A stretch of 58,138 nt of DNA from Pseudobdellovibrio sp. (lineage in GTDB: Bacteria > Bdellovibrionota > Bdellovibrionia > Bdellovibrionales > Bdellovibrionaceae), in NCBI GenBank assembly GCA_031970595.1, contig DALYIB010000001.1:1-58138 (forward strand). The letters are read 5' to 3'. The number at the start of each line of letters is the position of its first letter. Position 1 is the first letter of the stretch. This document shows positions 1 through 10,084 of the stretch, piece by piece. The position numbers and the translations under genes were made by a program. The notes under the pieces were generated by a model. That model was not told the DNA's origin. It saw only the letters and a list, made by a program, of their open reading frames with translations, and did no database searches.

Positions 1-904
1 AAAAGAGCTTCGTGAAAAAACGAATGCTGGTATGATGGATTGCAAAAAAGCTTTAGAAGAAGCAAAAGGTGATTTCGAGGCAGCTGTTGAATGGTTGCGC
101 GTAAAAGGACTTTCTGCGGCTGCTAAAAAAGCTGATCGCGTTGCTGCCGAAGGCGTAGTAACTGCTGCCACTTCTGGAAAAGTAGCTGCTGTTGTTGAAG
201 TGAACTCAGAAACTGATTTCGTTTCAAGAAACGACGGCTTTAAAGCTTTCGTAAGTGATGTTTTAACTCACGTATTAAATTCAAATGCGACTGGCGATAT
301 CTTGACTCAGCCATTCACAAAAACACCTGGTAAAACTGTTGGCGAAGCTTTGAAAGAAGCTATTGCGACTATCGGTGAAAACTTGGTTATCCGCCGTTCT
401 GAAAAATACTCAGTAACAGGCGAAGGCTTAGTTCACACTTATATCCACGGTGAAGGTAAAATTGGCGTTATGATCGAAGTAGGCGCTGCGAACGCTGCCG
501 CTGCTGCTTCTGCAGATGCTAAAACTTTTGCTTCTGATGTTTGCTTGCACATTGCTGCGATGAACCCAATGGCTTTATCACAAGCTGATATGAGCCCTGA
601 AGTTGTTGCTAAAGAAAAAGAAATTCTTAAACAAAAAAATCTTGAATCAGGCAAAAAACCTGAAATGGTTGATAAAATCGTTGAAGGTCAAATTCGTAAG
701 TTTTTGGCTGAAAACTGCTTAATGGATCAAGCTTTCGTTAAAAATCCAGACCTAACTATCAATGGTTACATGCAAGAAGCTTCTAAAAAAGCTGGCGGCG
801 AGTTAACTATCAAGCGCTTTACACGCTTTGAGCTAGGTGCCGGAATCGAGAAAAAAGTTGTCGATTTCGCTGCTGAAGTTGCAGCCCAAACAAAAGGTCA
901 CTAA
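1..904 (+). CDS. tsf: Elongation factor Ts (5' end truncated by window edge)
   Basis: The frame is open from base 2 (KELREKTNAGMMDCKKAL). It carries the EVNSETDFV motif and lies upstream of pyrH-frr. Confidence 0.98.
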   Translation, partial: KELREKTNAGMMDCKKALEEAKGDFEAAVEWLRVKGLSAAAKKADRVAAEGVVTAATSGKVAAVVEVNSETDFVSRNDGFKAFVSDVLTHVLNSNATGDILTQPFTKTPGKTVGEALKEAIATIGENLVIRRSEKYSVTGEGLVHTYIHGEGKIGVMIEVGAANAAAAASADAKTFASDVCLHIAAMNPMALSQADMSPEVVAKEKEILKQKNLESGKKPEMVDKIVEGQIRKFLAENCLMDQAFVKNPDLTINGYMQEASKKAGGELTIKRFTRFELGAGIEKKVVDFAAEVAAQTKGH

Positions 905-914
905 ACTGACTTCG

Positions 915-944
915 AAAAAGAGCCTGAAAAGGCTCTTTTTTTTT
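915..944 (+). terminator. Intrinsic terminator after tsf
   Basis: AAAAAGAGCCT-GAAA-AGGCTCTTTTT hairpin followed by a T run. Confidence 0.9.
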
Positions 945-985
945 GCTTATTTTTCTCTTTATTGAAACTCTATATTGTGTCATAA

Positions 986-1741
<756 letters not shown>

Positions 1742-1765
1742 TTTTATTTCAGAGAGGATATTCAA

Positions 1766-2323
1766 ATGATCGAACAAACAAAAACAGCTACAAAAGCAAA
1801 AATGGAAAAAACGATCTTAGGCTTAACCGAAGAACTTAAAAAAGTTCGTACAGGTAAAGCACAAGTATCAATGCTTGATTCTGTTCGTGTAAATTATTAC
1901 GGACAATTATCTCCCCTTTCTCAAGTCGCCTCTGTTTCTACTCCGGATGCAAAAACTTTCTTAATTGCACCTTGGGAAGCTTCTATTCTTAAAGAAATTG
2001 AAACTGGAATTGTTAAATCAGATATCGGTATGGCACCAATCAATGATGGCAAAGTGATTCGTTTAAAAGTTCCTGATTTAACAGAAGAGCGTCGTAAAGA
2101 CTTAGCTAAACAAGTTAAGAAAATTGCAGAAGATGCTCGTGTAGCTATTCGTTTAGCTCGTCGCGATGGTAACGAAGAAATCAAAAAAGCTTTAAAAGAT
2201 AAAGCTGTCAGTGAAGATGAAGCTAAAAAAGGCGAAGCTGACATTCAGAAATTAACTGATGATAGCATCAAAAAAGTAGACCAAATCGCAGACGAAAAAG
2301 AAAAATCGATCTTAACAATTTAA
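1766..2323 (+). CDS. frr: Ribosome recycling factor
   Basis: VRTGKA and PDLTEERRKDL motifs; synteny with pyrH. Confidence 0.98.
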   Translation: MIEQTKTATKAKMEKTILGLTEELKKVRTGKAQVSMLDSVRVNYYGQLSPLSQVASVSTPDAKTFLIAPWEASILKEIETGIVKSDIGMAPINDGKVIRLKVPDLTEERRKDLAKQVKKIAEDARVAIRLARRDGNEEIKKALKDKAVSEDEAKKGEADIQKLTDDSIKKVDQIADEKEKSILTI

Positions 2324-2340
2324 TTGAGATCGAGATTTAA

Positions 2341-3063
2341 ATGTCTGCAAATTCTTTGCAACACCTTGCAATTATTATGGATGGAAATGGCCGTTGGGCG
2401 CAGCTTCGCAAAAAGCCGCGTACTTTTGGCCATATCAAAGGTGCACGTGTTGCCAAGAAAATCATTACAGAATCTTCACGCTGTGGAATCAAATATTTAA
2501 CACTTTATGCATTCAGCACAGAAAACTGGTTTCGTCCTCAAGACGAAGTTGGTTTTTTAATGCGTTTGCTGGAAAGATATTTGATCAAAGAAACAGAAAA
2601 CTTAGTCAAAGAAAATGTCCGTTTTTCGGTAATTGGCGATATGTCTCGCTTACCTGCAAAAGTAAGAGCTCAAGTCGAAAGTTCAATTAAAAAAACTTCT
2701 GCCTGCACAGGTTTACACGTTTGCTTCGCGCTCAGCTATGGATCCCGCCAAGAAATTACTTTAGCAACACAAAAAATAGCTGAACTTGTTAAAAGCGGCC
2801 AGCTTGATCCAAAAAATATTAATGAAGATTTGATTCAATCGCAATTAATGACGTCGGCTGTTCCTGATCCTGATTTAATTATCAGAACCAGTGGCGAATC
2901 CAGACTGTCTAATTTTTTGATGTGGCAAGCGGCTTATAGCGAGCTTTATTTCACTGATGTTTTATGGCCTGACTTTACATTAGATGACTTCCACAAATCT
3001 ATTTCATACTTTTCAACACGTCAGCGCCGATTTGGTAAAATCAATGTCGAATTTAACGTCTAG
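2341..3063 (+). CDS. uppS: Undecaprenyl diphosphate synthase
   Basis: HLAIIMDGNGRWA, FSTENW and RTSGESRLSNF motifs. Confidence 0.97.
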   Translation: MSANSLQHLAIIMDGNGRWAQLRKKPRTFGHIKGARVAKKIITESSRCGIKYLTLYAFSTENWFRPQDEVGFLMRLLERYLIKETENLVKENVRFSVIGDMSRLPAKVRAQVESSIKKTSACTGLHVCFALSYGSRQEITLATQKIAELVKSGQLDPKNINEDLIQSQLMTSAVPDPDLIIRTSGESRLSNFLMWQAAYSELYFTDVLWPDFTLDDFHKSISYFSTRQRRFGKINVEFNV

Positions 3064-3862
3064 AATTTTTTCTGCAGCAGTTGCTTTAGTTTTATTGTTT
3101 TGTGCTATTTACTTCTGGCAAGAGACTGGCATTTATGTTTTGGCTATTCTGGTAGTGTTTCGTGGGTCTTTCGAAATGGCTAGAATGTTTTTTAGTTCGA
3201 ACTACCCCGTTTACTCAAAAACTTTTTTTGTAGCTTTGTGTTTGATTACATTTTTAATTATTACACACCCTCTTTATAAATCTTTGTCCGGCGTATTTGT
3301 CATTCTGAGCTTTGTGGCTACTGTTGTTTACGGAATTGCTTTACACAAAAAATTTACATCCATCGATCATGTATTAACCTTTGTCACGAAATGTACAACG
3401 GGATTGCTGTATTGCTGTTATTTACCGGCTTGTATTGTTTGGATTACGCATACGAATAATGGAATGGAATGGTTTTTCTGTTTGCTAGCTGTTGTATTTT
3501 CTGGCGATATTGGAGCTTATTTATTCGGAGTAAAGTTTGGAAAAACTCGAATTGCTCCGTTACTGTCTCCGAAAAAAAGCCTTGAAGGTGCTATTGGTGG
3601 CTTGACGTTTTCATGTTTAACAGCGCTTTTATTTTCACTGCTTTTAACAAATACGCCTATTTGGGTATTTGTATTTTGTGGATTGCTGGGTGGAGCGTTA
3701 GGACAAATTGGTGACTTTTTCGAATCATTGGTCAAACGTGTTTCTGGAGTCAAAGATTCGGGTTCAATTATGCCAGGTCATGGAGGCATTTTAGACCGCA
3801 TGGATGGTGTATTGCTAGCTGCACCTTTATTTTATTTAGCTGCAACGCTCTATAGTCTTTAG
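3044..3862 (+). CDS. cdsA: Phosphatidate cytidylyltransferase
   Basis: Multiple TM segments; SPKKSLEG and KDSGSIMPGHGGILDRMD motifs. Start reassigned to ATG 3044 (MSNLTSR), which overlaps the end of uppS. Confidence 0.95.
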   Translation: MSNLTSRIFSAAVALVLLFCAIYFWQETGIYVLAILVVFRGSFEMARMFFSSNYPVYSKTFFVALCLITFLIITHPLYKSLSGVFVILSFVATVVYGIALHKKFTSIDHVLTFVTKCTTGLLYCCYLPACIVWITHTNNGMEWFFCLLAVVFSGDIGAYLFGVKFGKTRIAPLLSPKKSLEGAIGGLTFSCLTALLFSLLLTNTPIWVFVFCGLLGGALGQIGDFFESLVKRVSGVKDSGSIMPGHGGILDRMDGVLLAAPLFYLAATLYSL

Positions 3863-3945
3863 TCGAGTCTTGAATGTTTTGATCTGAGTCAGATCCAGTG
3901 AATTCTAGTAGTTAAATTCGGTAACAAAGTTTAAAATGAGTTACT

Positions 3946-5595
3946 ATGAATTTAGCAAATATATTAAATACCGTTATTGAAAATCTGGTTCCATTTACAA
4001 TCCTACTTGGCGTCTTAGTATTTGTTCACGAACTTGGCCACTTTGCAGTTGCAAGACTTTGTGGAGTTCGTGTTGAGGTTTTTTCGCTGGGTTTTGGCAA
4101 AAAAATCCTGAGCTTTAAAAGAGGCGACACGACCTATTGCATATCACTCATTCCACTGGGCGGATATGTAAAAATGTATGGTGAGCAAGGTGCCGAAGAT
4201 ATCCCCGAAGAACTCAAATCAGTTTCCTTCACACACAAAACAGTTTGGCAAAGAATCGCGATTGTTTTAGCGGGTCCTTTGATGAATTTAGTTTTTGCTG
4301 TTTTCGTATTTGGATTAATTTTTTACAAAGGCGAAGAAGTTCGCTCGGCGCGCGTTGCTGAAATACAACCAGGCTCCATTGCGGAAAAAGTCGGACTGCT
4401 TTCTCAAGACAAAGTTTTAAAAGTAAATAATGTTGCAATCAAAACTTACGAAGATTTTCAAAATTTATTAAACGAAAATATTAATAAAAAAATAAACCTG
4501 ACTGTTCAACAAGATCAGCAAAGCGAAAGAAATATTGAAGTCGAAGTTTCTGGGATGGCGAATCCAAATCCTTTTACTTTGCGTAAATCCATTGGAAATA
4601 TAGAAGGCTTATTGCCGTACGCAAAAGGCACACTTGTTGGAGTCAAAGCCGACTCATTTGCACAAAGAGTGGGTTTTAAAACTGGTGATGAAATTCTTAA
4701 AATCGGATCTAAAAAAGCAACTGGCTGGGCATCGCTCAATTCACTGTTAGAAAAAACAGGCCAAACTGTTGAGGTTGATCGAGTTATTTCTGGATCTGAT
4801 AAAAAAGAAAAAATAACTTTGCAGGTTCAAATCCCTGAAAATACAAATATCGCAAGTATTGAAGAATTTGGAATTGAACATCCCGATTTATATTTAGATC
4901 AAGTTGTGAAGGACTCTCCCGCAGACAGAGCCGGTTTACAAAAGTACGATAAGATTATTTCAATCAATCAAGAAAAAATATCCGCTTGGGATCAAGTCTT
5001 AAATCAGATCAAATCTTATGATGGTAAAGACGCCGTTACGATGGTTGTTTTGCGTGATGGAGCTGAGATCATTAAAAAAATCACTCCTCAAATGACTTCT
5101 CAAATGACTTTACAGGGTAAAGAAGATCGCAGATACACAGTTGGAATTGTATCGATGGTGAATATTGCTCAACCTGAAACAATTTTTGTTTCAGCAGATA
5201 ATATTTTTCAAGCGATCGCAAAGGGTTGGAATCGATCCATGGATATTTCGACAATGACAATTATGTCATTTGTTAAACTCTTCCAGGGCGAAGTATCCCA
5301 TAAAAACATTGGCGGAATGATTTCAATTGGAAAAGCGGCAAAGGATTCTTACCAGATGGGTCTGCAATCGTTTTTAATGACGATGGGAATTCTTTCGATC
5401 AGTTTATTTATTTTAAATTTACTACCTGTTCCCGTATTAGATGGTGGTCACTTGGTGTTTTATGTCATCGAAATCATTAAAGGCTCGCCTTTAACTGGTA
5501 AAAAACTTGAAATAGCTCACCAGGTCGGATTTGCATTACTGATGGGATTAATGTTTTTAGCACTATTCAACGACATCACTAAGTTTTTATTCTAA
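3946..5595 (+). CDS. rseP: RIP metalloprotease RseP with multiple PDZ domains
   Basis: HELGH zinc motif, LNLLPVPVLDGG motif, and PDZ-like segments between them. Confidence 0.95.
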   Translation: MNLANILNTVIENLVPFTILLGVLVFVHELGHFAVARLCGVRVEVFSLGFGKKILSFKRGDTTYCISLIPLGGYVKMYGEQGAEDIPEELKSVSFTHKTVWQRIAIVLAGPLMNLVFAVFVFGLIFYKGEEVRSARVAEIQPGSIAEKVGLLSQDKVLKVNNVAIKTYEDFQNLLNENINKKINLTVQQDQQSERNIEVEVSGMANPNPFTLRKSIGNIEGLLPYAKGTLVGVKADSFAQRVGFKTGDEILKIGSKKATGWASLNSLLEKTGQTVEVDRVISGSDKKEKITLQVQIPENTNIASIEEFGIEHPDLYLDQVVKDSPADRAGLQKYDKIISINQEKISAWDQVLNQIKSYDGKDAVTMVVLRDGAEIIKKITPQMTSQMTLQGKEDRRYTVGIVSMVNIAQPETIFVSADNIFQAIAKGWNRSMDISTMTIMSFVKLFQGEVSHKNIGGMISIGKAAKDSYQMGLQSFLMTMGILSISLFILNLLPVPVLDGGHLVFYVIEIIKGSPLTGKKLEIAHQVGFALLMGLMFLALFNDITKFLF

Positions 5596-6341
5596 TGAAT
5601 TTACTGATTTGTGAAACTAGCACCTTACTTGGCAGCGTGGCCATCCTCAGAAAAGATGGCCAAATTTTCTACCAAGAATCCATGCGCCAAGGCTCTCATT
5701 CAGATACTTTAAATATTTTTATTCAAAAATGTTTAAACGATTCTCAGCTGCAGCTCTCTGATATAGATGTGTTTGTTACAGGATTAGGGCCCGGCAGCTT
5801 CACGGGAATCCGGATTGCTTTAAACACCATTAAAACACTGGCCTATATTTACAATAAACCTGTGGTTGGCATCAATTCTCTGAACACGCTCGCAATGCAA
5901 GCCTACAATCATATACGCAATGATTCATCGACATCCCCAATGACATGTCCTCATATTACTACGATGATTAATGCCTATAAAAATATGGTTTATTTAGCCC
6001 AATTCAAAATCGAAAACTCTGAGCTTAAAACCATCCAAGAGCCTCAAGTGGTTCGCGTTCAAAATTTAGGAACTTATCTGACGGCACAAACATTCGTGGT
6101 TGGCGATGGATACAAGGACTATCAGAATTATCTTGATCAAAACTTTTCTCAGTTTATTTTAAGACCTGATACATTAACTGCTTCAAATTTAGACTTTCCA
6201 ACAGCTAGAATAATGGCTGAAATTTCAAGCAAAAAAATTATAAATTCAGAATTTTCAAAATGGCACGATGTTTTTCCACAATATTTGCGCGCTTCTGAGG
6301 CGGAAGAAAATATGTTAGGAATTAAATACTTACCTCTTTAA
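5595..6341 (+). CDS. tsaB: tRNA t6A biosynthesis protein TsaB
   Basis: ETST, HSDTL and GPGSFTGIRI motifs; C-terminal PQYLRASEAE. Confidence 0.93.
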   Translation: MNLLICETSTLLGSVAILRKDGQIFYQESMRQGSHSDTLNIFIQKCLNDSQLQLSDIDVFVTGLGPGSFTGIRIALNTIKTLAYIYNKPVVGINSLNTLAMQAYNHIRNDSSTSPMTCPHITTMINAYKNMVYLAQFKIENSELKTIQEPQVVRVQNLGTYLTAQTFVVGDGYKDYQNYLDQNFSQFILRPDTLTASNLDFPTARIMAEISSKKIINSEFSKWHDVFPQYLRASEAEENMLGIKYLPL

Positions 6342-6387
6342 ATTTCTCTTGATTCAAGATTGCTGCAAGTTTTATCATGTATGACAG

Positions 6388-7059
6388 ATGAGTACAGAAA
6401 ATCGTCACAACTATTATGAAATTCTCGAAGTTAGCCCAACGGCGACTCAGCATGACATTCTTATTGCTTATGAAAAAGCGAAAAGAACATACTCTCCACA
6501 AAATATAGCTCTGTATTCCGTATTTTCGAAGGAAGAAGCAGATTCTTTACGTAATATGATCGAAGAGGCTTACCAGGTACTTGGTAACCAAAGCTATAGA
6601 AATATCTATGAAAAACGTATGCAGGCCAAAACTTTTTCACCTGAAGAATTATCTTTGTCTGCTATTAAGACAGCCTCGAATACGACTGTTTCGCAAAAAA
6701 TTGAAAAGCTTTTTGACAACAACACTCCTGCCGTTACAAGCGTTCAACCAGAGCCTGTCGTTGAATTTAAAAAAGATGACGCTTTTGAAAACGAAATCGC
6801 TGGATGCAAAGAGTGGGATGGTTCATTTTTACAAAAAGTTCGTGAATACCGAAAAATTTCAATCGATTCGCTACATGAAAAAACAAAAGTAAATCCCTGG
6901 TATCTTAAAGCCTTGGAAAATATGGACTCAAACAACTTACCCGCGCCTGTTTTTGTTCGTGGATACATTACTCAGATGGCCAAAACCCTCGGGCTTAACG
7001 ACAAAGAAGTTGCCGAGTCTTATATGAAACTTTATAAGCAAAAGCTTGAACAAAAGTAA
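6388..7059 (+). CDS. J-domain-like protein with C-terminal RodZ-type helix-turn-helix
   Basis: N-terminal NYYEILEV...IEEAYQVL..RNIYE J-domain pattern lacking HPD. C-terminal LQKVRE...LPAPVFVRGYI HTH. Confidence 0.75.
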   Translation: MSTENRHNYYEILEVSPTATQHDILIAYEKAKRTYSPQNIALYSVFSKEEADSLRNMIEEAYQVLGNQSYRNIYEKRMQAKTFSPEELSLSAIKTASNTTVSQKIEKLFDNNTPAVTSVQPEPVVEFKKDDAFENEIAGCKEWDGSFLQKVREYRKISIDSLHEKTKVNPWYLKALENMDSNNLPAPVFVRGYITQMAKTLGLNDKEVAESYMKLYKQKLEQK

Positions 7060-8056
7060 TCAACTCACATTTACTGTTCGCCCCGAAGATTCGAATATTC
7101 GATTAGACAAATGGCTTTCGGCTGTTGCCGAATTGAAAGATTTTGTTCCAACTCGTTCATTCGCACAAAATATGATTGATAAAAATGAAGTCACAGTGAA
7201 TGGAAAAATAGCTAAAAGCTCACTTGTTGTTAAAGAAAATGATCTTGTCATGGTCATCATTCCAGAGAAAGTAAACGTCGGCTTAGTTCCATATAATTTC
7301 AAACTGGATATTATCTTTGAAGATAACGACATAATTGTTGTGAACAAGCCTGCGGGACTGGTTGTCCATCCTGCCGCTGGCCATGAACAAGACACTTTGG
7401 TCAATGCACTTTTAAATCATACACAACAACTGTCCGTTAAAAACGAATTACGACCTGGAATAGTTCATAGAATCGATAAAGAAACAAGTGGCTTACTTGT
7501 TATTGCAAAAAATGATGTTGCACACGATATATTGGCAGAACAATTTAAAGAAAAAACAACACATCGAATTTATTATGCTATTGCAGAGGGAAAGAAAACA
7601 TCGACCCAAGGAACGATCCGTTCCTTTTTAGCCAGACACCCTCACGATCGAAAAAAATATTGCTCTTTACGTCAGAACAATCAAATTATTCGTGACCCTC
7701 AATTTGAAAGCTCGGTTGGAAAGTGGGCCGTCACACATTATGAAGTGATCGAATCTGCTCAAAATAAACATCTTTTGCGATTAAAGCTAGAAACAGGTCG
7801 AACGCATCAAATTCGTATTCATATGTCAGAGCTTGGATTGCCTTTAGTAGGTGATGTTACTTATGGATATTCGACCAAAAGCACCAAAGAACAAAATTTA
7901 AATCGCTTTTACCTTCACGCAGCTGAATTAGGTTTTACTCATCCTAAAACTCGAGATAATATGATTTTTAAAGTCTCGTGGCCAGAATCAGATCTGGCGC
8001 GGATCAGTTCTTGGGGGTTTCAATTTTATGTTCAAGGAAACAGAGATCGGGTTTAA
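7046..8056 (+). CDS. rluD: 23S rRNA pseudouridine synthase, RluA/RluD family
   Basis: S4-like N-terminus; NKPAGLVVHP, HRIDKETSG and ETGRTHQIR motifs; adjacent to pgeF. Confidence 0.92.
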   Translation: MNKSNQLTFTVRPEDSNIRLDKWLSAVAELKDFVPTRSFAQNMIDKNEVTVNGKIAKSSLVVKENDLVMVIIPEKVNVGLVPYNFKLDIIFEDNDIIVVNKPAGLVVHPAAGHEQDTLVNALLNHTQQLSVKNELRPGIVHRIDKETSGLLVIAKNDVAHDILAEQFKEKTTHRIYYAIAEGKKTSTQGTIRSFLARHPHDRKKYCSLRQNNQIIRDPQFESSVGKWAVTHYEVIESAQNKHLLRLKLETGRTHQIRIHMSELGLPLVGDVTYGYSTKSTKEQNLNRFYLHAAELGFTHPKTRDNMIFKVSWPESDLARISSWGFQFYVQGNRDRV

Positions 8057-8699
8057 ATTCGAATCTGACACACATCTGTGTTTTTTTGGAAACCAAAAGG
8101 CGTCTCTGGATATTTTAAAAAATAATTACCCACAATACACTTTCAAAGAAATCAAACAAACTCACTCAGACATACTTATTCACACAACGAATAAAAGTAT
8201 TTTATGTGAAGGCGATGCGCACTGGACCGAGCAGGAAAATACTGCACTGTATATCAAAACAGCGGATTGTATTCCTATCTTAATAGTCAATATTGAAACG
8301 AACGATATACTGGCTGTTCATGCTGGCTGGCGTGGTGTTCAAAACAAAATTCTTCAAAAAAGTCTGAATAGCCTTGGATGGAAAAACATAAATGTATTCT
8401 GGGGGCCGCACATTTTACAAGATAGCTTTGAAGTGCAAGAAGACGTGAAATTACTTCTAGAGCAAAGTTGTTTTGATACTGACAATCATATTTTCAAAAA
8501 AATCGGCGAATCGTATTATATTGATTTATTAAAAATTGTTCAGTCACAAATATCTTCAATACACGTAAAGAAACAGCTCTTCGCCACAGAAGACACTTTG
8601 AAAAATCCAAAATTTCATTCCTATCGAAGAGATAAAGACAAATCAGGCAGAAATATCAGCTTTATCGTTAAAAAAAATCATCCGCTGGGAATGAATTAG
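8028..8699 (+). CDS. pgeF: PgeF/YfiH laccase-domain protein
   Basis: QTHS, TADCIP, HAGWRG and FHSYRR motifs. Confidence 0.92.
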   Translation: MFKETEIGFKFESDTHLCFFGNQKASLDILKNNYPQYTFKEIKQTHSDILIHTTNKSILCEGDAHWTEQENTALYIKTADCIPILIVNIETNDILAVHAGWRGVQNKILQKSLNSLGWKNINVFWGPHILQDSFEVQEDVKLLLEQSCFDTDNHIFKKIGESYYIDLLKIVQSQISSIHVKKQLFATEDTLKNPKFHSYRRDKDKSGRNISFIVKKNHPLGMN

Positions 8700-8704
8700 T
8701 TTGT

Positions 8705-10084
8705 ATGTTTAAATCGTTTGAATTAAGCCAACTAGATCTGGTATCTGGAAAAAACATTTTCAGTTCTGAAGTTTTAAAAAAAATTCTGTCCGAAAAATAT
8801 TCAATATCCTATTTTGACAATATACTGACTGACGCCTTTGATGGTCTTACAGCTTTTCAAATATCGAAAGATCAGACTCGTTTTTATTTAATTTTGATGA
8901 ATCCAAATATTCGCGGCGGCACCTTTTCAAATGAAAACTTGGCCTATCTGCATGCATTTTTGGACTTTCTAGATATTGACGATTCATCTGACCCGCTTGT
9001 ATTTGGAATATCCAGCGCAGGAGTACGACTGACTCAAACTCGGGTTATGTTTAATTCGATTTGGGGCATCCTGCCACGCCTGTTTTCAATCAGAAAGAAG
9101 CGTCCCTATTTTGCATTTGCACATGAGCTTTGCTTGGGAGCCGGAGCCCTCTTTTTTGGTCAAGCACAGCTACGAATTGTAAGCGGAGAGAAATCTCTAT
9201 TAAATTTAACAGGCCCGCAGGTTATTTCTCAGTTTTTTGGTAAAGATACAAATTTTTATAAATACGCATCGGCAGAGCATCAAATTGAAAGACACCTCTT
9301 TATTCAAGAAATTTATTCGGATCTGGATAATTCTTTGAAGAGAATTTTAAATATTATTGATTTCTTGGCGGGAAACACTTTACACGACATCAGCTCAACT
9401 GCTTTTCATGGCAATTTAAATTCCGAGTCCGGGATATACTCAAATTACAATAGCCCCCGATTCGAAAATATCATGCAACAACTAGCTGATAGAACCAGTG
9501 AGCTTTTCCCTTTTTATTCCTATTCAGGATTGTGCTATTTAGCACAAAAAAATAATATGAATTTTGGGATTCTAATTAATCCACTGGATCATTCGACGAA
9601 TACAATTTCCGTCAATACGATCGAAAAATATATCGAGGCAATGAATTTATTTAAAGCTTTGAAACTCCCTTTGCTTGCAGTGACCGACAGTCCTGGTGGC
9701 GATCCGCGAGAAAAAAATAGCAATCAAAACGTAATCATGAAAACGTTAAAGTTGATTGAGCTTATGATTGATTATCCTTTTCCTAAAATTGGACTCATCG
9801 CAGGTAGATGCTTTGGGGGAAGTGGATTGTTAGCGTTTCCTACAGTCAATAAATCAATGGGACTATATGCCTTAACCGGATCAAAAATGGGGGCTATGAG
9901 TGATGAGGCTATCGAAAAACTAGCTAAGCAGAATCCGAAAAGCTATGCTGAGTGGAAGACTAGCCAACAAACTCATAAAACCGATTTGTCTGATTTACTA
10001 AATACAGGTAACATAACAGGCTTAGTTCAATCAGATAAAGTTTCGGATTTTATTCTTCAATTTTTGGAAAAGAGTCAAACGTGA
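8705..10084 (+). CDS. Acyl-CoA carboxylase carboxyltransferase (beta-type, two crotonase-like subdomains)
   Basis: RGGTF, SSAGVRL, LTGPQVI, DSPG and GRCFGG correspond to the GGS, SGGARL, TGP, DTPG and K.YGG motifs of PccB/AccD-type proteins. Confidence 0.75.
   Translation: MFKSFELSQLDLVSGKNIFSSEVLKKILSEKYSISYFDNILTDAFDGLTAFQISKDQTRFYLILMNPNIRGGTFSNENLAYLHAFLDFLDIDDSSDPLVFGISSAGVRLTQTRVMFNSIWGILPRLFSIRKKRPYFAFAHELCLGAGALFFGQAQLRIVSGEKSLLNLTGPQVISQFFGKDTNFYKYASAEHQIERHLFIQEIYSDLDNSLKRILNIIDFLAGNTLHDISSTAFHGNLNSESGIYSNYNSPRFENIMQQLADRTSELFPFYSYSGLCYLAQKNNMNFGILINPLDHSTNTISVNTIEKYIEAMNLFKALKLPLLAVTDSPGGDPREKNSNQNVIMKTLKLIELMIDYPFPKIGLIAGRCFGGSGLLAFPTVNKSMGLYALTGSKMGAMSDEAIEKLAKQNPKSYAEWKTSQQTHKTDLSDLLNTGNITGLVQSDKVSDFILQFLEKSQT

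Noticed and set aside
8600..8760. att-like direct repeat of the tRNA-Phe 3' end, integrase or transposase
   Set aside because: None was seen by eye. A short degenerate repeat cannot be excluded without computation.
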